Assembly: GCF_036365525.1 (NCBI RefSeq) | Contig: NC_090389.1 | Coordinates: 54,009,885 to 54,073,884, forward strand | DNA: 64,000 nt | From: Heterodontus francisci | Lineage: Eukaryota | Reading direction: 5' to 3' | Part shown: positions 24,501 through 36,638 of the stretch, in pieces | How positions within the stretch are numbered: the first letter of the stretch is position 1 | Layout of the letters: every line of letters starts with the position of its first letter | The notes under the pieces: model-generated | What the model saw: only the letters and a program-made list of their open reading frames with translations | Told to the model about the DNA's origin: nothing | The model's database searches: none | Translations under genes and position numbers: made by a program

Positions 24501-26367
24501 AGGGACTTGTAATAACGAAGAACTGAGAGTAATTAGTATCAACAAAGAGGAGTACTCGAAAAATTAATTGGATTGAAAGTTGATAAATCCCCTGGACCAG
24601 ATGAGCTACATCCCAGAGTATTGATAGAGGTGGGCATAGAGATAATGGATGCATTGGTGGTTATCTTTCACAATTCTATAGATTCTGGAAGGGTTCCTGC
24701 AGACTGGAAAGTAGCAAATGTAGCCCCACTATTTAAGAAGGGAGCGAGAGAGAAAATGGAGAACTACAGACCTGTTAGTTTGACGCCAGTAGTAGGGAAA
24801 ATGTTGGAATCTATTATAAAGGATGAGATAACTGGATACTTGGTGATTGGAATCTGCACCACACTGCCTGAAAGGGCAGTAGAGGCAGGAACACTCACAA
24901 CATTTAAGAAGTATTTAGATGAATACTTGAAACGCCATAGCATACAGGCTACAGGCCAAGGGCGGGAAAATGGGATTAGTTTGGACGGGTGCTTGATGGT
25001 CGGCGCATGTGCGTTGGGCTGAAGGGCCTGTTTCTGTGCTGTAAAGCTCTATGACTCTAATATGATTGGGCAGAGTCAACATGGATTTGTGAAAGGGAAA
25101 TCATGTTTGACAACCCTGTTGGAGTTTTGAGGATGTTACTTGTATCATAGATAAAGGAGAACCAGTGGATGTGGTGTATTTGGATGTACAGAAGGCTTTT
25201 GATAAGGTCCCACACAGGAGGTTAGTAAACAAAATTAGAGCACATGGGATTGGGGGTAATATACTGCAATGGATTGAGAATTGGTTAACAGACAGAAATC
25301 AGAGAGTAGGAATAAATGGGTCATTCTCAGGATGACAGGCTGTTACTAGTGGGGTACCACAAGGATCAGTGCTTGGGCCACAGCTGTTTACAATCTATAT
25401 AAAGGATTTGGATATGAGGACCAATTGTAATATTTCCAAATTTGTGGATGACACAATACTAGGAGGGAATGTAAGTTGTGAGGAGGATGCGAGGAGGCTT
25501 CAAGGGGATTTGGACAGGTTAAGTGAATAGGCAAGAACATGGCTGATGGAATATAATGTGAATAAGTCTGAAGTGATCCACTTTGGTAGAAAAAACAAAA
25601 AGGCAGAGCATTTCTTAAATGATGAGAGGTTGGGAAGTGTTGATGTCCAAAGAGACCTGGGTGTCCTTGTTCATGAGTCACTAAAAACTAGTATGCAGGT
25701 GCAGCAAGCAAAAAGGAAGGCAAATGGTATGTTGGCCTTCATTGCAAGGGGATTTGAGTACAGGAGTAAAGATGTATTGCTTCAGTTGTATAAAGCATTG
25801 GTGAGACCCACCTGGAGTTATCGTGTACAGTTTTGGTCTCCTTATCTAAGGAAGGATATACTTGCCATAGAGGGAGTGCAATGGAGGTTTACCAGACTAA
25901 TCCCTGGGATGGCAGGATTGTCTTATGAGGAGAGATTGCAGAAACTGGGTCTGTATTCTCTAGAGTTTTGAAGAATGAGAGATGATCTCATTGAAATTTA
26001 CAAAATTCGTGCAGGGTATGAGAGGGTGGATGTGGATAGGATGTTTTCTCTGGCTGGAGAATCTAGAACAAGGGAACACAGGCTCAGAATAAGGGGCAGG
26101 CCATTTAAGCCTGAGATGAGGAGGAATTTCTTTACTCAGAGGGTGGTGAATCTGTGGATTCTCTACCCCAGAGGGCTGTGGAAGCTCAATCATTGAGTAT
26201 GTTCAAGACAGAATTCTATAGATTTCTGAATACTAACGACATCAAGAGATATGGGGATAGTGGGGAAAAATGGCGTAGAGCTAGATGATCAGTCATGATC
26301 TAATTTAATGGCGGAGCAGGCTCAATGGGCCGAATGGCCTACTCCTCCTGTTTCCTCTGATCCTCTG
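21600..26367 (+). mobile_element. Near-full-length decayed CR1 LINE (ORF1 SGNH esterase, ORF2 EN-RT)
   Basis: ORF1 IVIGDLLVRG and GTNNIG; EN YLNARSI, IAITETW, GDFN, SDHN; RT KSPGPD, NYRPVSL, KAFDKVPH; 3' tail present. Many stops. Nested RTE and a CR1 3' fragment (about 24843-25058). Confidence 0.88.
22733..23380 (+). mobile_element. Short 5'-truncated RTE LINE, same family as 14499-16410
   Basis: 198-aa ORF nearly identical to the C-terminus of the 614-aa ORF, with the same 3' UTR. Confidence 0.92.
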
Positions 26368-27994
26368 GAGTTCTCCTTCTGGCTTCACGTTCAAGTAAGT
26401 ATAGTACAAGACCATGCCTTGTTAATTATGGCCTACAGTGGTCACTTTAATGGCTGTCCATTAATCTGCTTGTCGACCTAGTTTTCCCCGAGTACGGCAA
26501 ACCAATCTTGCAGTGAGGCATGAAACCAGTGTTAGGACTTTAATTTGCAAATGCAAGTTATGTCAATTTTACACTGATTTCTTATCTCAACCCAGAAAAA
26601 TGCTGAGTACTGCCATCAATAAAAACTTTCTATGTCTGTCATAATGTCTTTTATTATTGATGTCAGCCCTCCTCCCAGTTTTTTTTCTTTTCTTTCTTTC
26701 CTGAAAAGGTTATAACTTGGAATATTTAATTCCCAGTCTAGGCATTGGCTGAAGCCTCATCATATCTCTCCATTCCAATGAGTGAGTTTCCTGACTTTAT
26801 TTCTAATACTTTTGCAACCATGAACCTCTTAGTCTCCTCTATGTGCTTTCCCCTTTTTAAAAAATTCTTTCCATCACAATCCTCAGTGTTAACTTCTTTT
26901 CACTCTTCTGTCACTCCTTTCTGAGCTTGCTATTTAAAACTATTTTGCTCCTTCATTAAACTTTTTCTTAACTCCCCCCCCCTCCATATACTGTATGATT
27001 ATTTGCATCCTCTGTCTCACTGTGCCGTTCCCGCTTTCACAATAATAGGAGCAGACCGTGTGAACATTGCTCTCATTGACACTGATGTCACCATTGAATC
27101 CATGCTACATCCTTTGTTGCATCATCAAAATGGCATCTTTTCTCTGTTTACTCTATCTTCATCTTTTTCCTCCCTTTTTCCCCCTGCCGATCCTCTCTAT
27201 TTCCTGTCACTTTTTACACTGTTTTCTGCTTCTTTCAAGAATCTTTATCTACTCAACTCTTCAGTGCCATTATTTAGCCATCTTTTGCTGTTGAAAATGG
27301 TTTTATCAATGTCAAAATAGATTTTGAGTTATATTGAAGTCTAGTTCCAGTAAATGTGTAAAGTTCCTTAAGTTTACAACCAACTTGCAAACATCTTGAT
27401 AAATGTACTCGTGTTTTGGGGAACATTATGTTTCACACTATACATTTATATCTGACAATTTACAACCTTTATTACTTTTCATCCATTAAATCCCCACTGT
27501 TAGTTTCCGCCATCAATTTTCCTAATGACAAACTCAGGCATGCGGCAGGGGCTGAAAACTGATACTCCAAGGATGCCAATATCCTGTCTCTTCATTGTTC
27601 TGAAATGTGGATCCAATGCAACCTCACATCTTCACATGCTATTGCTGTCCAGATGGTGAGATGTTTCTGCCTGTCTGCTTAACAGAAAACAGAACAGGAG
27701 AGTCCCACAGATAAGGATGAAAGGAACTCAGGCTGAGACTGGATACACAGCTCCAGCTTCACCATGGGATTGGAGCATTTTGTAAATTCTCTACTTAAAA
27801 CAACTGAAGCACTAGAATACCTGTTGTTGCTTGTACATTTAGGGAAGGTCCATAAATCAAAGAAAACATCTTCCGTCCCAAGAAAAGAATAGTATATCAC
27901 AAATGTTACTGAGAATTGCTGCATTCCAATCGAGAAAAAATACATTTTCAGTACGTAGGCAGTATTTTCACTAAAAATACATTTTTGTTAACAG

Positions 27995-28084
27995 ATCATG
28001 AAGAACGACAAAGCAAAAAACAAGTACGGAAATTGGCCTGAAGCAGTGGATTTGGAGGGTTGCCTACCAAGGAAACTGGATTAG
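27995..28084 (+). CDS. FAM3D: FAM3-family terminal coding exon with stop codon
   Basis: tttgttaacag|ATC, phase 0. Encodes IMKNDKAKNKYGNWPEAVDLEGCLPRKLD*, matching the FAM3 C-terminal NKY..WPE..E.EGC.P motif and supplying the fourth conserved Cys. Confidence 0.93.
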   Translation: MMKNDKAKNKYGNWPEAVDLEGCLPRKLD

Positions 28085-28773
28085 TTACTTCTTGATAGTT
28101 TTCTAGATATTTTATCTCTTTCAGGACGTGACATCAGTACACCATTCCCAGCAACACTAACGACCATTTTTAACTTTTTACCCTCTTCACAAATATATTA
28201 TTGCCGCCGCGTAAAATTTTATTGTCCATTTGCATGACTGGGTCATTGAAATGTATTTTAAACATTGTTTAATTTAGAGCAAGAGGATATAAGGGCTGGA
28301 TGGCAGGGCTTAGAGTTGGTGTATGAAGTCAAAAATGAAACTAATGGATTCCAATTTATACATTGCAGTTGGCAGAAACTCACCATCTTCATTATTTCAG
28401 CCTAGAGATGTGGCCAATTTCGTGGGCAGGGCTGACATGTCAAAATTATTCTTAAACCAGCGTTAAAGATGGCGAAACCTTGAGTTACAACTGATATAAT
28501 TTGCATTTAAAATTCCCTGGTCTTTTGTACTGATTCAGCCAATTTCTCCCACATTGCACTGATAAAACTAGTGGAAATTCTAACCCAGTGTACTTTATAC
28601 ATTATATTTCCTGCAAATTCTTGTTTCAGGTGTGCACTTTTATTTCATTACAATTTTGTTTGTCTGACATCAGATGTTCTGTAATTGTACTGTCCCAAGC
28701 CCATGAATCTTTGTTACAGGTAACTCAATTGTGCAGTTAACTCATCATAATATGATGTCAGATATTTAGAAAG

Positions 28774-28779
28774 AATAAA
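28774..28779 (+). terminator. Candidate polyadenylation signal of the FAM3 gene
   Basis: First AATAAA I saw after the stop, about 690 bp downstream, at the end of unique AT-rich sequence and just before a CR1 fragment. No transcript evidence. Confidence 0.35.
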
Positions 28780-28789
28780 AGGACTTTCT

Positions 28790-29665
28790 GTCCATCATGA
28801 GGTCAGAAGTGGTGATGCTCACTGATGATTGCACGGTTGTTCAGTTCCATTTGCAATTCTTCAGATGATGAAGTAGTCTTTGCCCACTTGACACAAGACC
28901 TGGACAACATCCAGGCTTGGGCTGATAAGTGGTAAGTAACACTTTCGCCACACAAGTGCCAGGTAATGACCATCTTCATCAAGAGAGAATCTAACCATCT
29001 CCCCTTGACATTTGACGGCATTACCATCACTGAATCCGCCACCGTCAGCATCCTGGGAGTCCTTTACCAGAAAATTAACTGGGCCAACCACATAAATACT
29101 CTGGCTACAAGAGCAGGTTAGAGGCTGGGTATTCTGCTGCAAGTAACTCACCTCCTAATTCTCCGAACCTTTCCACCATCTACAAGGCACAAGTCAGGAG
29201 TATAATAGAAAACTCTCCACTTGCCTGGATGAGTGCAGCTCCAACTTCATTGGAGAAGCTCTATATCATCCAGGATAAAGCAACCCACTTGATCAGCACC
29301 AAATCCACCGCCTTAAGCATCCACTCCTTCCACCACCGGCAAACCATGGCTGCAGTGTGTACCATCTACAAATGCACGGCAGCATTTCTCCAAGGCTTCT
29401 TTTACAGCACCTTCGAAATCCGCAGCCTCTACCGCCTCGAAGAACAAAGGCAGCAGGCACACAGGAACACCACCTACAAGTTCCTCTTCAAGTCACACTG
29501 TTCTGACTTGGAAATATATTGCCATTCCTTCATTATTACTGGATCAAAATCTTAGAACTCCTACTTAACAGCATTGTGGGTGTGCGTACACCAACAGACT
29601 GCGGTGGTTCAAGAAGGGCAATAAATGCTGGCCTTATCAACGAAGCCCACATCCCATGAAGGAAT
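28790..29665 (+). mobile_element. CR1-group LINE (second family) 3' fragment
   Basis: IQDKATHLI..HSFHHRQTMAAVC, homologous to 19250-21200. Confidence 0.8.
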
Positions 29666-32600
29666 TACAAATGCAAGGGGAAAAAAATTGTACATACTTA
29701 TGCAATGTATTTGGCATTTGAAGGATAAATTACAGATATGCTTTGGCAGTTACTTGGCAGATTTTACGATTCTGCACCTGGTATCTGCAAATTAACTTGA
29801 TTGCCTATTAGCCCAGATTGATGGGAAAGATGTCTTCTCTCTCTGGTGGCTGTAAGTTCCATATGTGAAATGAGTTTGGACAATTTGATTCCAATTCCCA
29901 AAGGCCATAGGACCCATAGCATTAAGCTGTCCAAAGTTTGATATTTATTTTCAATCTCATTCAGGGACAGGGCAAGAACAGCTGCTCTGGGAAAAGAATA
30001 TACTGTGCTGATGCACAGGACACTGCTTTGCTATATTCAGGGCTAAGTTGATATAGGTTAGAGACAGCTTTATTTTGCAGCTGCCTGGACAAAATGGGAA
30101 TGTTCGATATTGAAAATCACAGAATCACAGGATTGTTACAGCACAGAGGGAGGCCATTTGGCCCTTCATGTCTGTGCCGGTTCCAAAAATGAAGATATTC
30201 AATTCCCTGCACTAACATTCCTAACCTGAAGAATAATTATTTTCAAGAAGTCTCAATTTATAGCTCGTCTTGATCAATCAGTTTTACTTCCTTCAAAACG
30301 GCTTTCTGAAATGTTTTAATCCTTAAAGATAATAATGTGAAATATTTCTGATGGTAATATTTATGATGATTAATATCGTCAGGTCAAAAAATCTTTATTT
30401 TCTGTACTATATTAGTAGCAGTTGCGAGAAGGGGCTGTACTGTTAACATTGTCAAAATACTCTAACACAATACAACCAGATAATATGAATTGTTCCATTG
30501 TGAACTAGCATATTAAAATAGCATTTTTGAAATAACGATACATTTTACTTTATGTAATTGTCACTTCAATTTTTTCCAGGCATATTTTTTTGAAAATGTA
30601 TTTGTTTTTATTGTGTCGGTTTTGGTTTCATCTTTCATGCTTGTATTAGTCAGTAACTTAGCATTTGTAATAGGAACCCTGACTTTCTTAATCCTACTGC
30701 AGGAATAGAACCATGCCCTCTGTCTCTAGACTGTACATTAGAGCAGCTACTTGAAAGACCTCAGAATTGAACAATTAAATCATTTTACAAGCAACACACA
30801 GGCCTGTGGTCTGAATAGCTGGAAGTGGGTTCATTAAAATGAATGGAGAGCGAAACATATGGTCTTTCTTCAAATTTGGACAGGTGTTATTGAGGGCATT
30901 CCAGCAATGAAAGTTTGTAACATATATTCTGTTAATCCAATGTCACTGTATTTGAGTATCACTACAGTTGGCCGAGCTGCTGTTCCTTTCTCTCTTCCCT
31001 CTTCCCCTTTTGTGTTCCAAATGCTACATTTTGATTTGGGAAAAGATTGGCATTGGTTTAAAGCCAGAATTAAATGGATTATGTTCATGGGTATTTGGGG
31101 CGTTTGCTTGATTTCTGGATCGAGTCTGCTGTTTTCTTGTTATGGCTCCTCACTTTGTCAGCTTGACTTCAAATGAAATTTAACCATCACAACCTGGTAT
31201 ACTTTGTAACCAAATTGTAGACAGATTTTCTGAAGGTAAAATTTTAGAAGGAACTCTTTCATTGTTCCTAAATGTCCCTTAAGCCTTAAAACTGGTTAAT
31301 AATTATCTGGTTTCAGCTTCAATATTGTTATTTTTGGAAAATAGTCAGTGCTTACATAACTAAGTATGCTAATATTCATTGTTGATGCAGGGCCAACTTA
31401 AAAGGCACTACACATTGTTTGGCCAGATTAATACCAGGATGTTGCACTGAACTATTGTAAAATACAATTTTCTTGTTTGCAACGATATTGGCCTAAAGAT
31501 TCAGGCTCGGAACACCCATATTTCAGATGTTCAACTGCCTCCTATGCCTCCATTATGATGGGCAAGTAGTGTATGCTCATTCTGTGGGGTCACTTACCAT
31601 ATTGGTAAAGGCCAAATAATTGTTGTGCAGTGCCCACACCTGTAACAGATGTTAGGCCTATTTGCATATGCAAATAAGCAGCCCAGTCAATAAATTACTT
31701 TGGCTCCCATTCCGATACTAAACTTGGCATCCCCGGGGTTCCAGTTTGAGGCTCTCACAGTGTTATGTTGACAGCGGGTTGCTAGATATTTATATATCTG
31801 ATTTATCTCAGAGCAATGCAGATATCACACTTGTATTAAATCACCAACTGGTTTATTTACAGCACTTTAAAATATCTCAGCACTTACAAGACCTCAGTAC
31901 AATGTCTACTCAGAACAGTCTATGTTTTTAGAATATTCTAGCCCTGTGTCTTTTAGTTTCAAAGGTACTGATGTCATCAACCATGTACAAAGTGAGTAAC
32001 CCTTGTCACCCAGGATCCATCTGTCTACTTCAGCTGGTTCCTTGAAAACTGCTGGCAGCTGAGAGTTCCTCAAAATGTATTAGTCATGACAGCTCCCTGC
32101 GAAATGTGTGCAAACATGCATGATTCTTCTCCCGATCTAGCAAATCAGTTGCACATTTAAAGAGTTGAGGCCTTTGTGACTGGCAAAGACAGCAGACTTG
32201 TCCCAGTGAGCTCTAATGGCCATGAGTACTATTGACCACCCCTTGCACTCTCAGGAACACAGCAATGGCACTGATGGCCACAGATCTCACTACCTGGCTG
32301 CCCTCATTTACAGGTAAGTAGATGAAATCAAAAAAGGGTATTGGTCACCTCTTTGATGCACCTGTGGGTCGCTGTCATGCAGACCCCCACCTGCCAATGA
32401 TGAGGCATATTAAATTTATCATATCAACATTGATTTTAATCTGTTGCTGGAGCAAGGAAATGACTTGTTAAACTGATCAGTCATGGCTGGAAAAACATTC
32501 ACATACTAGCAGACAGTGCTAGTGAAGACAAAGGACCATTCCCTGACACATTCAACCCGCAATGGACTTTGATCACCAGACATTGAAGGTGAGGAAGTTC

Positions 32601-33163
32601 ACATTCCAGGATGACTGCTAAGATGGCTGAATCCACAAACAGACATGGTCAAACCAGCTAGTCACATAACTAACCTGCTGGGCAACCTGAGTTTTTTTGA
32701 ATTGTACAGACAGTTTGAGAGAGAGAGGCTGTTTTGCTCCTGGACTGTAAAGACCTCTCCTGTCTGTTCCCATCTCTTTCTCGCGGAACTCCAAGTCTAC
32801 TGAAGATGTGAATCACAAGAGAGAAAAGTCTCCTACATCGAACAAGGTTCAGGAAGAATTCTGGGCCCCAACGTAAAGCAACATCTACCTACAATCAAGG
32901 CCTCCACAGCGAGCTTGAAGAACATTAACCAAAACCATCTTCAGATTTTGCCTCAAACTTTTCTACTTTATTTCTTCTGCTCTTTTCTGTCTCTATCTGC
33001 GTGTATTTATCAGGTATGCATGCTAGCATGGTTGCGTCACATATTCGTAATCGGTAACCGGATTAGAGTTTAAGATTAATAAACTTCTACCTTTCTTGCT
33101 TAAAATCTAAGAAAACCTGTCTGAATTGATTTCTTTGCCTTACAATTGGAAAGCAGTGAACAA

Positions 33164-34003
33164 TGTCATGCAGGCCCCCCACTTGCCAAGAATGAGCCAT
33201 GTTGATTTTGCCACATGGACATTAAACTTAAAATAGTTGCTGGGAAGAAAAGAGGGTCTATCACAAGGAATTGCCAGGCCCATCACTGGAAAGACCTTTT
33301 TTGCATACTAGCAGACAGTGTTAGAAGAAAGGAACCAGTCCCTGCTCCCCCAATACACAGAAGACATGGTCAGACCAGTTTGGTCAAATGACTAACTGAC
33401 TGTTGCAGTCATTTGAACTTGCCACAGAGTTTTGAACTGAGACGGAAAGTTGTTTGCTCCTGGACTGAAAAGATCTCTCCTGTCTGCTCTCATCTCACTC
33501 TCACCAGTTTCAGAAAGCATTGAAGACACATGAACCCCAAGAGAGAAAAGTCTCCTACAGTGAACAAGGTATAAGAAGAATACTAGGCCCCAACAAAAAG
33601 CATGCCTACCTACAATAAAGGACTCTACAGTGAGCTCAAAGCACAGTAAAAAAAACCTCTTCAGAGATTGCCTCAAACCTCTCCACTATTTTTCTTATGC
33701 TCTTTTCTGTCTCTATTTGCATGTGTGTATCACGTATGCATGCTGGCGTGGGGTGCAGTGTGTATTCGTAGGCATTAACCAAATTAGAGTTTAAGTTTAA
33801 ATTTAATACATTTCATTTTTCTTCTTTAAACCTGAGAAAACCTGGTTGTGCTCATTTCTTTGCCTGATAATTGTAAAATGGTGAACAAGGATTCACCAAG
33901 AGGGAGCTCAAAACACAGTGTGTTTAAAATTAAACCCTGTTACAATAAGGCCAAGTGAAGGCTGAAAGAAACCCCTGGACACTTTCCTCACCTAGTCGTG
34001 ACA
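33164..34003 (+). mobile_element. Solo LTR nested inside the related 5' LTR
   Basis: TGTCATGCAG..GTGACA with 4-bp TSD ACAA. The host LTR resumes seamlessly after it. Confidence 0.88.
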
Positions 34004-34133
34004 ACAAGGATTCACGAAGGGGGAGCTAAAAGAAAAACAGGTGTGTTTAAAAATAAAACCCTGTTACAGTAAGACCAGGTGAATGCTGAGAGGGACCCCT
34101 GGACACCTTTCTCACCTAGTCGTAACAGAAATT

Positions 34134-34153
34134 TGGGGGCTACCATCCTGGAT
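34134..34153 (+). promoter_or_regulatory. Degenerate tRNA-Pro primer-binding site
   Basis: TGGGGGCTACCATCCTGGAT, 6 nt after the LTR end; the canonical PBS-Pro is TGGGGGCTCGTCCGGGAT. Confidence 0.7.
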
Positions 34154-35353
34154 TTTACCCACAGACAAATGAGAAATTGGAAGTGAGAAGCTAAATAGTT
34201 CTCAATCAAAAAAGAGCAATATTCCAATCTTGGTTTTCTTGTGGTTGCATGTGATTGAATACTAACATGTCTGCAACTGAAGCTAGTAGCTCCCCAAGCC
34301 AGGATGAAGTAACTTGGGATAAGTTAAAAGCACTGTCTATGGAGGAGCTGAGAAAAATGGCTGAGCAGTGTTGGATCACTGTACGTGGCAAGGCTAGGAA
34401 GTCTGAACTCCTAAGACTAGTGGCCAACCATTTTTCCCTTGAATCTGAGGAAGCAGAAGCAGTATTAAAAGTAGACTCTGACAGGGTATTGCTAACAAAG
34501 ATACAACTAGAACAGAGGAAACTTGAATTAGAGGGGAAAGAGAGAGACAGGAGAGAGAGAAAGAAGGAGCCTTCCAGAAGGAACATGAAGACACAGAGAG
34601 GCAGGAGAGAGAGAGAAAAAGAACCTTCCAGAAAGAATACGAAGATAGAGAGCTGAAGCGCTTGAGTTAACTAGGTGGGTTTGGGGGGGTGGTCAACAAA
34701 GTAACCCCAGTAATAAAGCTAGGTACAGAATTGTTAAAATTGTCTCAACTAATCCCAAAATTCAATCAGGAAGATGTGGAAACGTTTTTGTGTCTTTTGA
34801 GAAACTATCAAGGCAACTAAAATGGCCAGCTGAGACTTGGCCTCTTTTATTGCAAAGCAAGCTAACCGGAAAAGCCCATGAGGTTTATTCCCTGTTGCCA
34901 GATGAGAGTTCATCAAATTATGAACTAACTAAAAATGCTATCCTCGGGGCATATGAATTAGTACCCGAAGCCTATCGCCAAAAGTTTAAAACCCTCAAGA
35001 AGCAAGCAAATCAAACTTATCTGGAGTTTGAAAGAATGAGCAGCTGGCTTTTGACCAGTGGCTGCGGGCTGTTAAAGTGCAGCTCAGCAATGAGAATCTC
35101 AGAAAAGTATTTCTGTTAGAGGAATTTAAACACTCTTTCCCACTTTGCATAAAAACCCATGTAGAGGAGCAGCGAGTTCAGGGAGCCCGGCATGCGACTG
35201 TTCTAGCTGATGAATTTGCTTTAATTTATAAGTCAGTTCCCCAGGGGAGAACCTTTCCTAGTCACCCCCACAAATCCGAAAAGGACAAAGGGTGGGAAGG
35301 TGGTAGGAGCCCAAGCAGTCCTGGAAGAGAAAGAAAAGCAGGAGACACAGGGG

Positions 35354-35679
35354 CAAAAACAAGAAATGCTGGATTCACTCAGCAGGTCTGGCAGCATCTG
35401 TAGAAAGAGAAGCAGAGTTAACGTTTCGGGTCAGTGACCCTTCTTCGGAACTGACAAATATTAGAAAAGTCACAGATTATAAACAAGTGAGGTGGGGGTT
35501 GGGCAAGAGATAACAAAGGAGAAGGTGCAGATTGGACCAGGCCACATAGCTGACCAAAAGGTCACAGAGCAAAGGCAAACAATATGTTAATGGTGTTTTG
35601 AAAGACAAAGCATTAGTACAGATTAGGTGTGAATATACTGAATATAGAACATCAGCAAGTGCAAACCTGAAGAAAACCT
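35354..35679 (-). mobile_element. Penelope-related fragment inserted in gag
   Basis: 13-bp TSD GGAGACACAGGGG at 35341-35353 and 35680-35692; homologous to 6447-6720. Confidence 0.8.
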
Positions 35680-35814
35680 GGAGACACAGGGGGTCCTCCT
35701 CTAGCCAGAAAGGAAGGTGCTGTGAGCAGAACTGAGACCCAGAGACCTGTGTGCTTCCATTGTAATAAAGCAGTTCATCTAAGAGCTGACTGCAGGAAAC
35801 TAAAGAGAAAAGGA

Positions 35815-36638
35815 CTTTAAAATGGAGTATAATGTGGGAAAGTGGGAAATTTTCCACTTTTGCAGGAAGAATAAAAAGAAGCATATTACCTCAAAGGTGA
35901 GAGATTGCAGAGCTCTGAGATGCAGAGGGATCTGGGTGCCCTAGTGCAGGAATCACAAAAGGTTAGTGTGCAGGTACAGCACATAATTAGGAAAGCTAAT
36001 AGAATGTTATAGTTTATCATGAGGGGAATTGAATACAAAAGTGGGGAGGTTATTCTTCAGCTAAACAGGGCATTGGTGAGAACACATCTGGAGTACTGAT
36101 ACAGTACTGGTCTCCTTATTTAAGGAAGGATGTAAATGCGTTGGAGGCAATACAGGGAAGGTTTACTAGACTAGTACCTGGAATGGGCAGGCAGTTTTAC
36201 GAGGAAAGATTGGACAGGCTAGGCTTGTATCCGCTGGAATTTAGAACAGTAAGAGGCGACTTGATTGAAACATATAAGATCCTGAGGGGTCTTGACAGGG
36301 TGGATGTGGAAACGATGTTTCCCCTTGTGGGAGAATCTAGAACTAGGGCTCACTGTTTAAAAATAAGCAGTTGCCCATTTAAGACAGAGATTAGGAGAAT
36401 TTTTTTCACTCAGAGGGTCATGAGTCTTTCGAATTCTCTTTCTCTAAAGGCAGGGGAAGCAGAGTCTTTGAATATGTTTAAGGCAAAGGTAAATAGATTC
36501 TTGATAAGCAAGGGGTGGAAGGTTATCGGGGGTAGGTGGAAATGTGGAGTAATCAGTTCAGCCATGAACTTATTGAATGGCAGAGCAGGCTCGAGGGGCT
36601 GAGCAGCCTACTCCTGCTCCTAATTCGTATGTTCATAT
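35815..36638 (+). mobile_element. 5'-truncated CR1 inserted between gag and protease
   Basis: ORF 36141-36602 RFTRLVPGM..RGDLIETYKI and CR1 tail. Confidence 0.85.

Noticed and set aside
27686-27736. Possible alternative last exon (ttaacag|KTEQESPTDKDERNSG*)
   Set aside because: The acceptor is plausible, but there is no homology, it would delete the fourth Cys of the ILEI fold, and there is no transcript evidence.
31761-31990. Possible short solo LTR truncating Harbinger 2
   Set aside because: It has a TGTT start and TTTATT, but I could not identify a matching end or TSD.
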